A DNA stretch of 64,000 bases from Candidatus Lindowbacteria bacterium RIFCSPLOWO2_12_FULL_62_27 (lineage in GTDB: Bacteria > Lindowbacteria > 2-12-FULL-62-27), in contig MFPR01000001.1 of assembly GCA_001784175.1 (NCBI GenBank), positions 186,001 through 250,000 of the forward strand, in the 5' to 3' direction. The translations under genes and the position numbers were made by a program. The notes under the pieces were generated by a model. The model did no database searches and was not told the DNA's origin. It was given only the letters and a program-made list of their open reading frames with translations. Shown here piece by piece: positions 50,007 through 59,389 of this stretch. Each line of letters opens with the position of its first letter. Position 1 is the first letter of the stretch.

Positions 50007-51686
50007 TCAAGTGTTGGCAATAACCTCCTCGATCGTCGTCATGCCCAACGACACCTTCCGGAACCCGTCCTCGCGCAGACTCCGCATCCCGTTGCGCTTC
50101 GCGGCGTCGGCGATCACATAAGAGGGCTTCACCTGAAGAATCAGCTCCTTGATCTCCTCGTTGAGAACCATCATCTCGAAAATACCGCTCCGGCCCTTGT
50201 AGCCGGTGTTGTTGCAGACTTCGCAGCCGGCCCCCTTCTGAAATTTGGTCGCCGCCGCCATCTCGGGCGGAAACTTGACTTCCTTCAAAATCTTCTCCGA
50301 CGGCGTGTAGGCATGCTTGCAGTTCTTGCAGATCGTCCGCACGAGCCGCTGGGCCATCGCGGCCTGGAGCGAGGAGGCGATCATGAAGGGGCTGACGCCC
50401 ATGTCGATGAGCCGCGTCACCGAACTGGGGGCGTCGTTGGTGTGAAGGGTCGAGAAAACGAGGTGGCCGGTGAGGGCGGCGCGGATGCCGACCGACGCGG
50501 TCTCGAGGTCGCGCATCTCGCCGACCAGGATCACGTCCGGCGACTGGCGAAGAATCGACCGGAGGCCGGCGGCGAAGGTGAGGCCGATTCCGGAGTTGAC
50601 CTGCATCTGGTTGATGCCGTCGAGCTGATACTCGACCGGGTCCTCCACCGTGATGATCTTGCGGTCGGGCGTGTTGATCTCGTTCAGGGCCGAATAGAGC
50701 GTCGTCGTCTTGCCGGAACCGGTCGGCCCGGTCACGAGGATGATGCCGTTGGGCTTGCGGATGAGATCGTTGAAGATCCGCAGGTTGTCCTCGATGAAGC
50801 CGACCTGCTGAAGGCCCAGGGACACCGAGGCCTTGTCCAGAAGCCGGAGCACCACGCTCTCGCCGTAGATGGCGGGTAGGGCGGAAACGCGGAAATCGAT
50901 TTCGCGGCCCATCATCTTGATCTTGATCCGGCCGTCCTGCGGCGACCGCTTTTCGGAGATGTCCATGCCCGACATGATCTTGATCCGCGCCAGGACGGCG
51001 CCCTGGAATTTTTTCGGAATCTTCGGCTGATGCTGCAGAATGCCGTCCAGCCGGAACCGGACGTCGAACATTTTTTCATTGGGCTCGAAATGAATGTCGC
51101 TGGCCTTGTTCTTGAGCGACTGCATGAGCAGCATGTTCACGAGCCGGATCACCGGCGCCTGCTCGGCGGCGGCGGCCTCGTCGGCCAGCGACATGTCCTC
51201 CTTCTCCTCATCGACCATCTGCAGCTCGCCGAGAACGTCGTTCAGGTTCTCCTCGGCGACGGCGTAAAAGGAGTCGATTAGCGCGGAGAGCTTGCGCGGG
51301 TTCACCATCACAAAATCCAGGTTCGACTCCAGAACGTGCCGCAGGTCCTCCTGGGTCCGCAGGTCAATGAACTCGGCGCAGGCCATTTTCAGGAAACCGT
51401 TCTCCGCGGCGACCGGGAAAATCTGGTACTGCTGGGCGCTGATGGTGTCCAGGCGCTTGATCAGGTCCTGGTCCGGCGTGTAGGCGTCGATGTCCTCGTA
51501 GGGAAGGCCGATGTGCTGGGCGTAGGCCTCGTAGACCTGCTCCTCGTTCATGATGCCCATGTCCTGCAGGGCGAAGATGGCCGACTTCTCCTCGGCCTGC
51601 ATCGTCGCCTCGACGGCCTCGATCTGGCCGTCCGCCAAAAGGCCCTGCTTGGCGAGAATCTTCAACAGCTCCGCGGACTCAACCAT
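50007..51686 (-). CDS. pilB: Pilus assembly ATPase PilB/GspE, paralog 2
   Basis: ASDIHFEP, PQDGRI, GPTGSGKTTTLY, TGHLVFSTLHTN, tetracysteine motif; N-terminus lacks RLG motifs. Confidence 0.92.
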   Translation of the reverse strand: MVESAELLKILAKQGLLADGQIEAVEATMQAEEKSAIFALQDMGIMNEEQVYEAYAQHIGLPYEDIDAYTPDQDLIKRLDTISAQQYQIFPVAAENGFLKMACAEFIDLRTQEDLRHVLESNLDFVMVNPRKLSALIDSFYAVAEENLNDVLGELQMVDEEKEDMSLADEAAAAEQAPVIRLVNMLLMQSLKNKASDIHFEPNEKMFDVRFRLDGILQHQPKIPKKFQGAVLARIKIMSGMDISEKRSPQDGRIKIKMMGREIDFRVSALPAIYGESVVLRLLDKASVSLGLQQVGFIEDNLRIFNDLIRKPNGIILVTGPTGSGKTTTLYSALNEINTPDRKIITVEDPVEYQLDGINQMQVNSGIGLTFAAGLRSILRQSPDVILVGEMRDLETASVGIRAALTGHLVFSTLHTNDAPSSVTRLIDMGVSPFMIASSLQAAMAQRLVRTICKNCKHAYTPSEKILKEVKFPPEMAAATKFQKGAGCEVCNNTGYKGRSGIFEMMVLNEEIKELILQVKPSYVIADAAKRNGMRSLREDGFRKVSLGMTTIEEVIANT

Positions 51687-51692
51687 GGATCA

Positions 51693-53417
51693 TCAATCCT
51701 TGATCGCGACGCCGGTCTCGATCGGCGCCACCCGCAGGACTTCCTCGAGGGCGGTCTGGCCCTGCAGCACTTTCAGCCAGCCGTCCTCCCGCATGGGCCG
51801 CATGCCCATCTCCATCGCCTTCCGGTGGATCACGTTCGCCGGCTGCCGCTCCACGATCAGGTCGCTGATCTCGTTGTTCAGCTCGAGCACTTCATACAGG
51901 CCGATCCGGCCCTTGAACCCGGTCATGGCGCATTCGGAACACCCGCGCCCCCGGAAAAATTCCTGGCCCTCGTAGTCGGAGGAACGCTTGCCTATTTTTT
52001 TGAAATCATCGGAGTTCGGCGTGTATTTCTCCCGGCACGCCGGACAGATCTTGCGCACCAGCCGCTGGCCGATGATGGCCCGGATGCTGGACGTGAGCAG
52101 AAAGGGCTCGCAGCCCATGTCGATGAGACGGGTGACGGCGCCGGCCGCCTCGTTCGTGTGGGCCGTCGCCAGCACCAGGTGGCCGGTCAGGGCGGACTGG
52201 ATGGCGATCGAGGCCGTTTCGGCATCGCGGATTTCGCCGATCAGGATGATGTCCGGGTCCTGGCGGAGGATGGACCGGAGGGCGGCGGCGAAGGTCATGC
52301 CGACCTTTTCGTTCACCTGGCACTGGACGAGTCCCCGGATCTCGTACTCGACCGGATCCTCCACCGTGATCAGCTTGATGTCCGGCGTGTTCACTTCCTG
52401 CACGCCCGCGTAGAGCGTGGTGGTCTTGCCCGAGCCGGTGGGGCCTGTGACGAGAATGATCCCGTTGGACGCCCCCAGGTTCTTTTTGAATTTCTCCGCG
52501 TCGTCCGGCTGGAAGCCGAGCTGGGCAATGTTGAGGACGGTCGCGCTGCGGTCCAGAAGACGCATCACGACGCTCTCGCCGAACATCGTCGGCAGGCACG
52601 ACACGCGGATGTCGATCTCCTTGCCGGCCAGCTTCACCCGGATCCGGCCGTCCTGCGGCAGGCGCGTCTCGGCGATGTTCAGGTCCGCCATGACCTTCAC
52701 GCGAGACACGATCCCCGACTGCAGCGCGCGGGGCGGCGACGGAAGGTCCTTCAGCACGCCGTCGATGCGCTCCCGCACCTGGAACCGGTGCTCAAAGGGC
52801 TCGATGTGAATGTCGCTGGCGCGGTCCCGCAGCGATTGAAGAATGACCATGTTGACGAGCCGGATGATCGGCGTTTCGCTCCCGACCTGCTCGGCCCCGC
52901 CGCCCAACACGCCGTCGACGTCCTGGATGATCTGCACGTCGTCCTCCGTCAGCTCCTGCAGGACGCTTTCGACCGAAATCTGCTCGCCGTAGAGATGCTC
53001 GATGGAACGCATGACGTCCGACTCGGCGGCGATGACCGGCTCGATGTCCAAGCCCAGCATGAGCTGCAAATCGTCCAGGGCCGTGATGTCGAGCGGGTCG
53101 GCCACCGCGACGATCAGCTTGCCGCTCACTTCCTCGATCGGCAGGAGCTTGTGCTGGCGGGCGACACGCTCGGGAATTTTTTGGATGAGTTCCGCCGTGA
53201 TCGAGTAATCGGAGAGGCGCACGTAGGGGATGCCGAGCTGGGCCGAAAGCGCGGCGGCAATCTGTTCCGGCGTCACCAGGCCAAGCTCCACCAGGGTCTG
53301 GCCCAGCCGGTGGCCCGTCTCTTTCTGGCGCGCGATCGCCTGCGCCACGGCCTCCTCCGACACCAGCCCCGCCTCCATCAGAATGTCGCCGAGCCGGCGC
53401 CGCTCCGGGATCGCCAT
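51693..53417 (-). CDS. pilB: Pilus assembly ATPase PilB/GspE, paralog 1 with MshEN domain
   Basis: RLGDILMEAGLV...Q and RLGQTLVELGLV...Q, plus ATPase motifs. Confidence 0.92.
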   Translation of the reverse strand: MAIPERRRLGDILMEAGLVSEEAVAQAIARQKETGHRLGQTLVELGLVTPEQIAAALSAQLGIPYVRLSDYSITAELIQKIPERVARQHKLLPIEEVSGKLIVAVADPLDITALDDLQLMLGLDIEPVIAAESDVMRSIEHLYGEQISVESVLQELTEDDVQIIQDVDGVLGGGAEQVGSETPIIRLVNMVILQSLRDRASDIHIEPFEHRFQVRERIDGVLKDLPSPPRALQSGIVSRVKVMADLNIAETRLPQDGRIRVKLAGKEIDIRVSCLPTMFGESVVMRLLDRSATVLNIAQLGFQPDDAEKFKKNLGASNGIILVTGPTGSGKTTTLYAGVQEVNTPDIKLITVEDPVEYEIRGLVQCQVNEKVGMTFAAALRSILRQDPDIILIGEIRDAETASIAIQSALTGHLVLATAHTNEAAGAVTRLIDMGCEPFLLTSSIRAIIGQRLVRKICPACREKYTPNSDDFKKIGKRSSDYEGQEFFRGRGCSECAMTGFKGRIGLYEVLELNNEISDLIVERQPANVIHRKAMEMGMRPMREDGWLKVLQGQTALEEVLRVAPIETGVAIKD

Positions 53418-53422
53418 GATCG

Positions 53423-55003
53423 CTACCTTTCCGAATTTCCGACGCCGGCCGGCGGAAGTTCGTCGCCGTCGGGGGCGACACACGCTTCCAGGAAAAGGGT
53501 GACGAGGTCCGCGTTCAGATGACCCGCCGCGGCCGTGTCCCGCAAAATCTTCTGCGCCTCCGGCTCAGGGATCCGCTTCTTGTACGGCCGGTCGGCCGCG
53601 GTCAGCGCGTCGTAGATGTCGGCGACCGCCAGAATCTGGCCTTCCAGCGGAATCTCGTCGCCTTTCAACCCCTGCGGGTAGCCGGTGCCGTTCGGCCGCT
53701 CGTGGTGCGTGGCGGCCCAGACGGGAATCTCCTTCAGATCCTTCGGCCAGTGGATCTTGGCAAGAATGTCCCACGTTTTTCGTACGTGGTCCTTCATCAC
53801 TTTGAACTCCTCATCGGAAAGGTTTCCCTTGGCCAGAACCAGGTGTTGATATTCGGTCTCGGTAAGCTGCGGCGTCGGATCGTCGGCGATCCGGTACACC
53901 GACCGCCGCATCCGCTCGAACGCGCCCTTGTCCTCCGCGCTGACGGCGCCTGGCGTGATGTTCCGGCGGATCCGATCCAGGTCCGAGTCCAGCCCCGCGC
54001 AAAAAGACCGGTAGGACTCCGGATTCAGGCCGCCGTTTTCCAGAGCGCGGATCTTCTCCGCCAGCTTGATCTGCCCGAACCTCAGCCGGATCGCTTCGAT
54101 CTCGTGCGGCTCCAGCTTGTCACGCTTGTTCAGGATCGCCTCCGGCACCGTGATCTTGCCGATGTCGTGCAAAAGCGCGGCGAACCGAAGCTTCCGCAGC
54201 GACTCCTCCGAGTAATGAATGCGCTTGAACGGCGCCCGGCCGCTCGCGCTGATCGCGCGCGCGATCCGGTCGGAATAGAGCGCCACCCGCACGGTGTGGC
54301 CGTAGGTGATCCGGTCGCGTTCGCCGAGGGCGTGGATGGAGGACTCGATGAAGGACTCGAAGAGATTGATCTGGCTTTCGATGAGCAGGGAATTCTCCAG
54401 CGCGACGGAGGCGATGGAGGCGATCGACATCAGCATCTTTTCGTCCTGCGGCCGGAATGCTCCGGACTTTTTGTTGAGGACCTGCATGACGCCCGTCACG
54501 CCGCCGCCGTGCGACCGCATGGGCGCGGCCAGAATGTTCCGCGTGTGATAGCCGGTCTGCTTGTCCACGTCGGGGTTGAAGTCCGGATGGCGATGGACGT
54601 CCGGGACGTTCACCAGCTTGCCCTTCCGGAGCGCCAGACCCGCGATCCCGCGGTCCGACGGCACCCGCAGCATCTTCCGGCCCGTGCCCTCCGCAACCTT
54701 CGACCAAAGCTCCTCCCGGGACTCGTCGTAAATGAAAATGCTGGTCCGCTCGGCGCCGAGCAGCACCGACGTCTCCATTGCAAGAAATTTCAGAAGCTGA
54801 TCGACCCCGCGGGTCGACGAAAGAAGGGTCGACAGCTCAAGGAGCGTGTAGAGCCGGTCGTTTTCCTCCGCAAGCGCCTGCCGCGCGGGCGCACGACGCC
54901 CGCCGCCGCCTTTCATGCTGACACCTTCTCCCTTGGCGCTCTGGGACCGCAGAGCGCGCTTGGCCCGCACGGAACCCGGCCCCGGATGGGTATTCCTTGC
55001 CAT
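53423..55003 (-). CDS. GAF + HD-GYP cyclic-dinucleotide phosphodiesterase
   Basis: GAF (FNPDVDKQTGYHTRNILAAP), LLHDIGK, HHERPNGTGYP, ADIYDALT..DRPYK; alternative start ATG 54916. Confidence 0.92.
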   Translation of the reverse strand: MARNTHPGPGSVRAKRALRSQSAKGEGVSMKGGGGRRAPARQALAEENDRLYTLLELSTLLSSTRGVDQLLKFLAMETSVLLGAERTSIFIYDESREELWSKVAEGTGRKMLRVPSDRGIAGLALRKGKLVNVPDVHRHPDFNPDVDKQTGYHTRNILAAPMRSHGGGVTGVMQVLNKKSGAFRPQDEKMLMSIASIASVALENSLLIESQINLFESFIESSIHALGERDRITYGHTVRVALYSDRIARAISASGRAPFKRIHYSEESLRKLRFAALLHDIGKITVPEAILNKRDKLEPHEIEAIRLRFGQIKLAEKIRALENGGLNPESYRSFCAGLDSDLDRIRRNITPGAVSAEDKGAFERMRRSVYRIADDPTPQLTETEYQHLVLAKGNLSDEEFKVMKDHVRKTWDILAKIHWPKDLKEIPVWAATHHERPNGTGYPQGLKGDEIPLEGQILAVADIYDALTAADRPYKKRIPEPEAQKILRDTAAAGHLNADLVTLFLEACVAPDGDELPPAGVGNSER

Positions 55004-55011
55004 ATTCCAAA

Positions 55012-55041
55012 ATTATATGGGTGAGGAGTGCGACTTGTCAA
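55012..55041 (-). promoter_or_regulatory. Consensus sigma70 promoter of the HD-GYP/pil operon
   Basis: TTGACA-18-TATAAT, 8 nt before ATG 55003. Confidence 0.8.
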
Positions 55042-55048
55042 TAAATGC

Positions 55049-56041
55049 TCATTCGGTGGGAATCAACCGCCCGAAATAGACGACCTTTTCGGTTGCCGTG
55101 TCGCCTGAGTCCATCTGCGAGAGGCGCTGCCCGAGCTTTTGTTTGAACGTCACCCGCCGCACCGCCTGGCCCGTGCCCGGGCCTTCGATCAGATATTCGC
55201 CGCCCGCGAAGATCATCACGTGAACAACGCGGTCCGGTTTCTTCGCGTTCGCGAGAAACACGAGATCGCCGCGCCTCAAGTCCCGGCGGCGGATCGCCCG
55301 CGACACCATCCATTGCTCGTGCGAGTCCCTCGGAATCGAAAGCCCGGCCGCGCGATAGGCCACATGCGCGAGGCCGGAGCAGTCAACACCTGTCACCGCG
55401 CGGCGATAGTCCGGCCCGTACGGACTGAGACCGCCCCAGTAATATGGAGTACGGATGAAGCCCTGCGCGTTTTTCAGAATCTCCAGCCGGGTCCGCCATT
55501 CGGAAGACTTCGGCCCATCGACAAGCCGGACGTCCTTTTTTCGCATCCAGCCTGTCAGACCCCCATGATAGGAGACTTCCATCCATCCGCCGCGCCGGCC
55601 CAGAACCGAGAGCCGGCTCCCGAAGGGAATCGTCAGCAACGGATCGCTCTTCTCTCCGAAAAGCCCCGCCGGCGCCGGGAAAATGTCCGACCACCCGCGC
55701 CGCGCCACGCCCGACGCCCCACCCGGCGCCGCCGGCACGGCACTCAGCGCCGACCGCCGAACCCAGCCCGGATATCCCTCCCACTGCTTCTTGTGCGTGT
55801 ACTCCGCCTGCCCCGGAACCTCAACCAGCGCCCAGTCGTCCCGCCATTCGCGGATGACGACCGTTTCGCCAAACAGAAGCTGCGTTTCCTGCAAAGGATC
55901 GTGAACGTAACTGTCGATCGCGTCCTTCGGCTCCGACCGCACGTCGGCCACGGGAACAATCACGCGCATGATCTCATCCGACGCGCCCGCCATCGACGCG
56001 CAGAGGACAACGCAGACGAGGGCGGATAAAAAATACCTCAT
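55049..56041 (-). CDS. SH3 + NlpC/P60 peptidase (YkfC-like)
   Basis: Signal peptide, ETQLLFGE, YPGWV, PYYWGG, GVDCSG, IPRDS, HV; ATG overlaps the dsbD TGA. Confidence 0.9.
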   Translation of the reverse strand: MRYFLSALVCVVLCASMAGASDEIMRVIVPVADVRSEPKDAIDSYVHDPLQETQLLFGETVVIREWRDDWALVEVPGQAEYTHKKQWEGYPGWVRRSALSAVPAAPGGASGVARRGWSDIFPAPAGLFGEKSDPLLTIPFGSRLSVLGRRGGWMEVSYHGGLTGWMRKKDVRLVDGPKSSEWRTRLEILKNAQGFIRTPYYWGGLSPYGPDYRRAVTGVDCSGLAHVAYRAAGLSIPRDSHEQWMVSRAIRRRDLRRGDLVFLANAKKPDRVVHVMIFAGGEYLIEGPGTGQAVRRVTFKQKLGQRLSQMDSGDTATEKVVYFGRLIPTE

Positions 56042-57825
56042 GAGCCGTGCCCGCCCAGCTCCGACAACAACGCTTCTGCCGAAAACTCGCCGACCCAACG
56101 GATCCGCTCCACGCCGGCGGTGTCGAAGTAGATCAGCGTCGGCACGCCGGAAATGCCGAATCTCTCCCGCGCCTCCTGCGCCTCCGGCGCGTCGTACAGG
56201 GTGAGGTCCACCTTGAGCCGGACGGCCTGCTCCAGCGCCGCGCGCACGCGCGGGTCCGCGTACGTTGTCCGGTCCATCAGCTTGCAGGGCAGACACCACT
56301 CGGCGGAAAAATCGAGGGCGACGGGCCGGCCGGCGGCGCGGGCCGCGTCGAAACTCGCAGCATCGTACGGAAGCCAGAATTCCCCGGCGGCGTCCTCGCG
56401 CGGCGCGGTCAGAAAAAAGCTCGCGCCGACAACCGCCAAGCCGATGGCGGAAAGACCGGCCCACAGGCGCGGCCACCGGCGCGCGCGTTTCACACAAACC
56501 CACGCCGCCGTCCCGCACGCCGCCAGTAATGTAAGGCCGAACAACGCCCGCTCGGCCGCGTCCGGAATCAGGGGCGCGCAGAAATAGACGGCCAGCCCCA
56601 GAAGCACAAATCCGAAACACCATTTCACCACATCCATCCACGCGCCCAGTTTCGGGAGCGCTGGAATACGCTCCGAAAAAAGGCCCAGGAGCAAATACGG
56701 CAAGCCCAGTCCCGCCGACAGCACCGAAAACAGCAGAAACCCCAGCGCCGGAGACTGGCGCGAACCGACATACGCCAGAAGCGCCACCACGAAGGGCCCG
56801 ATGCATGGCGCGGCCACCACGCCCATCGTCGCGCCCATCCCGAACGCTCCCAGCGGCGCGCTCCCGCCGCTCACGCGCTGCGCCCACGAGGCCGGCAGGC
56901 CAAAGCCGACCCAGCCGAACATGCCGGCCGACAGATACAGCATGAGAAGCGACAGCGCGATCAGGACCGGCGGATTCTGAAGCGCCGCGCCGAAGAATCC
57001 GCCCGTGAGGCCCGCCACGGTCCCGAGCGCGCTGAAGACGAGGACGAGACCGAGAAAATAGGCCACCGCGTCGGTCACCGGGCGGCGGCTCGGCCCGCGG
57101 CCGCCGAAAAAGGCGACGGTGATCGGAATCATCGGATACACGCACGGCGTGAGGTTCAGGGCCACGCCGCCCCAGAAAATCAACAGGAGCGCAAGAAACA
57201 CGCCCTTCTCTTGCATGAGATGTGCGATCGCGTTCCCGCCGACCGATTCCTCCGGCGGGTTCGGGATGCGCAGGCCGCGCGCCAGACCATAATCCAACTG
57301 GGGACTCGGGTGAGCTTGGGGAAGCGGCGCGACCGTGAGCGGAATGTCAAGCCGCGCCTCGGCCGGCGGCAGGCACTTCTCGTCATCGCAGGCCTGATAC
57401 CGGAGCGCCGCCGTCATGCGATGAACGCCTGCGCCAACGTCCGCGATGTGTACTTTCCATTTGAAAACGGTCCGCCCTTCATACAAATCCAGCGGTGACT
57501 CGTCAAAGGACAAAACCTTGCGGACGCCCGCCGGATAGGCGACCTCCGAAACCGTGAACCCCTCCGGCGCCGTCACCCGCACGTCGGTCGGAATCAGATA
57601 CTCCATGGCAGGCCGATGAGAATTGATGTGCCAGCCGCCCGCAACATCCGCGGTCAGCCAGACCTCCACCGTTTGCATGGCCGTGACCGTTTCGGCGCGC
57701 ACGTCCGCCGAAAGCCGCACCGGCTGCTCCGCATCCGCGGGCCCGGCCGCGAAGGCCGGACACACCCCGATTAGAAACACAGACAAGAGGAAAAACGTCG
57801 ATCGACGGACAGCGCCCAACCGCAT
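56038..57825 (-). CDS. dsbD: Thiol:disulfide interchange protein DsbD
   Basis: YQACDDEKCLPP, LTPCVYPMIP, APCIGP, thioredoxin domain WCLPC. Confidence 0.92.
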   Translation of the reverse strand: MRLGAVRRSTFFLLSVFLIGVCPAFAAGPADAEQPVRLSADVRAETVTAMQTVEVWLTADVAGGWHINSHRPAMEYLIPTDVRVTAPEGFTVSEVAYPAGVRKVLSFDESPLDLYEGRTVFKWKVHIADVGAGVHRMTAALRYQACDDEKCLPPAEARLDIPLTVAPLPQAHPSPQLDYGLARGLRIPNPPEESVGGNAIAHLMQEKGVFLALLLIFWGGVALNLTPCVYPMIPITVAFFGGRGPSRRPVTDAVAYFLGLVLVFSALGTVAGLTGGFFGAALQNPPVLIALSLLMLYLSAGMFGWVGFGLPASWAQRVSGGSAPLGAFGMGATMGVVAAPCIGPFVVALLAYVGSRQSPALGFLLFSVLSAGLGLPYLLLGLFSERIPALPKLGAWMDVVKWCFGFVLLGLAVYFCAPLIPDAAERALFGLTLLAACGTAAWVCVKRARRWPRLWAGLSAIGLAVVGASFFLTAPREDAAGEFWLPYDAASFDAARAAGRPVALDFSAEWCLPCKLMDRTTYADPRVRAALEQAVRLKVDLTLYDAPEAQEARERFGISGVPTLIYFDTAGVERIRWVGEFSAEALLSELGGHGS

Positions 57826-57931
57826 GCTATGTGAGATACCGGACATCCCCGCAAATGTCAATTCCCAGCGACGACCCCGTCCCTTTTATTTTCAGGATTT
57901 TTCTTGTATTGAGATAGATGGACGTTCAAAT

Positions 57932-58002
57932 TGGGGCGTCGTCTAACGGTAGGACTGCAGGCTCTGGACCTGCCTGTCCAGGTTCGAATCCTGGCGCCCC
58001 AG
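57932..58002 (+). tRNA. tRNA-Gln(CTG)
   Basis: Acceptor stem TGGGGCG/CGCCCCA, anticodon arm GCAGG-CTCTGGA-CCTGC, T arm CCAGG-TTCGAAT-CCTGG; CCA not encoded. Confidence 0.95.
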
Positions 58003-58040
58003 TATCACAGTCTCTGACAGCCATCCACGGCTCCCTCCGC

Positions 58041-58070
58041 TTGCGTGTCCGCCGTGTCGCATCCTATGCT
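58041..58070 (+). promoter_or_regulatory. Promoter of the RmlD-like gene
   Basis: TTGCGT-18-TATGCT, 6 nt before ATG 58077. Confidence 0.55.
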
Positions 58071-58076
58071 CCGAGC

Positions 58077-58847
58077 ATGCGCATCGTGATCACCGGCTTG
58101 AACGGTACGGTCGGGCCCAAGGTCGCGCGGGTGTTTCGGGGGCAGGGGGCCGACGTCGTCGGGTGGGACAGGAGCGAGGTTCCTCCGGACGACAGGAACG
58201 CCGTGGCGAAGTACATCGAGCGGACGCGGCCGGACGCGATCTGCCATCTGGCCATGGGGAGCGAGGCATGGGCGGGAGTTCTGGCCAGGTATGCGGCGGC
58301 GAATGACATCCCGTTCCTGTTTGCCAGCACGGCGATGGTCTTTGACGCAAGCCCCGACGGCCCGCACCGCCCGGGCGACCGGCGGACGGCGAAAGACGAC
58401 TATGGACGATACAAGATACGCTGTGAAGACGCCGTGCTGGAGAATCATCCCGGCGCCATCGTCGCGCGATTTGGATGGCAGATCGATTCTGATGCAGTCG
58501 GAAACAACATGCTCGCGCATCTGGATCAACAACAGTCGCGGGACGGAAACGTACAGGCCAGTCGCCGGTGGATTCCGGCGTGTTCGTTCATGGACGACAC
58601 GGCAGTGTCGCTTTGGGCGCTGATCGCCGGGCGCGAGCGCGGCGTGTTTCACCTCGACAGCAACGCCCGGGACGCTTGGACGTTTGACCGCATCGCCCTC
58701 GCCGTCCGGCGCCGGTTCGGCCGGGAGAGGTGGGCCATCGAAGTCACCGAATCCTACACGCACGATCAGCGACTGGGCGGCCACGAAAACCGCATCACAA
58801 GCCTCTCCGACCGCCTGCCTTTACAAGGGCTGGGGGATAGGTCATGA
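58077..58847 (+). CDS. RmlD-like extended SDR (sugar-nucleotide reductase family)
   Basis: MRIVITGLNGTVG, STAMVF, YGRYK. Confidence 0.82.
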   Translation: MRIVITGLNGTVGPKVARVFRGQGADVVGWDRSEVPPDDRNAVAKYIERTRPDAICHLAMGSEAWAGVLARYAAANDIPFLFASTAMVFDASPDGPHRPGDRRTAKDDYGRYKIRCEDAVLENHPGAIVARFGWQIDSDAVGNNMLAHLDQQQSRDGNVQASRRWIPACSFMDDTAVSLWALIAGRERGVFHLDSNARDAWTFDRIALAVRRRFGRERWAIEVTESYTHDQRLGGHENRITSLSDRLPLQGLGDRS

Positions 58848-58900
58848 TGCCGGGCCTAGGATGCGGGCTACAAATTATGGAGTCGCGAAAGGAGTTTCAC

Positions 58901-59101
58901 ATGGGAGAAATCAGTTTTGACGAGTACAAGGGGCGCGCCATGATGGTCATCTCGAACGGTCCGAACGACCGGTTTCCGTTCAAGTTCGGGCTCAAGAAGG
59001 CGAAGATGGTGGTGGAACACATCGAGGACATCAAAAAATGGGTGGCCGAGCAGGAGGCCATGCAGGCGAGCTTGAAGGCCGACGGCGAGCCGGAGGAATA
59101 G
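58901..59101 (+). CDS. Small hypothetical protein
   Basis: 66 aa, SD AAGGAG, MGEISFDEYKGRAMMVISNGPNDRFPFKFGLKKAKMVVEHIEDIKKWV. Confidence 0.75.
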   Translation: MGEISFDEYKGRAMMVISNGPNDRFPFKFGLKKAKMVVEHIEDIKKWVAEQEAMQASLKADGEPEE

Positions 59102-59377
59102 GTGGCGCCCGGCGGCGCCTGCGATCTGTGTGATCGCCAAGTCGGGGAGGAAAATCTTCACGAACACCACCTCATCCCGAAACTTCAGTTGCGCCGCATG
59201 AAACGCAGAGGGAAAAAAGTCGCGTCCGCCACGGTCCGGTTTTGCAAGCCCTGCCACAACGAAGTCCACGGGCTCTTTGAGCCCCCCGTTCTGGCGCGGG
59301 AATATTCGACGCTCGAACTCCTGCGCTCCGCCGGGGCGATTCAGCCGTACCTGGAGTGGATCAGGAAGAAGAAATAG
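59102..59377 (+). CDS. Small HNH endonuclease-like protein
   Basis: CDLC...HEHHLIPK...CKPCHNEVH. Confidence 0.78.
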   Translation: MAPGGACDLCDRQVGEENLHEHHLIPKLQLRRMKRRGKKVASATVRFCKPCHNEVHGLFEPPVLAREYSTLELLRSAGAIQPYLEWIRKKK

Positions 59378-59389
59378 GCGCCGGACGCG

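Noticed and set aside
54917-55003. Riboswitch upstream of the alternative HD-GYP start
   Set aside because: GC-rich stems are present but I see no c-di-GMP riboswitch consensus, and the region is open in frame from ATG 55003; an Rfam scan would settle it.
57918-58076. N-terminal extension of the SDR ORF given in the ORF track
   Set aside because: It overlaps the tRNA-Gln gene; the Rossmann motif begins at ATG 58077.
57932-59377. Genomic island integrated at tRNA-Gln
   Set aside because: No integrase nearby and no duplicated tRNA 3' end seen in the window.
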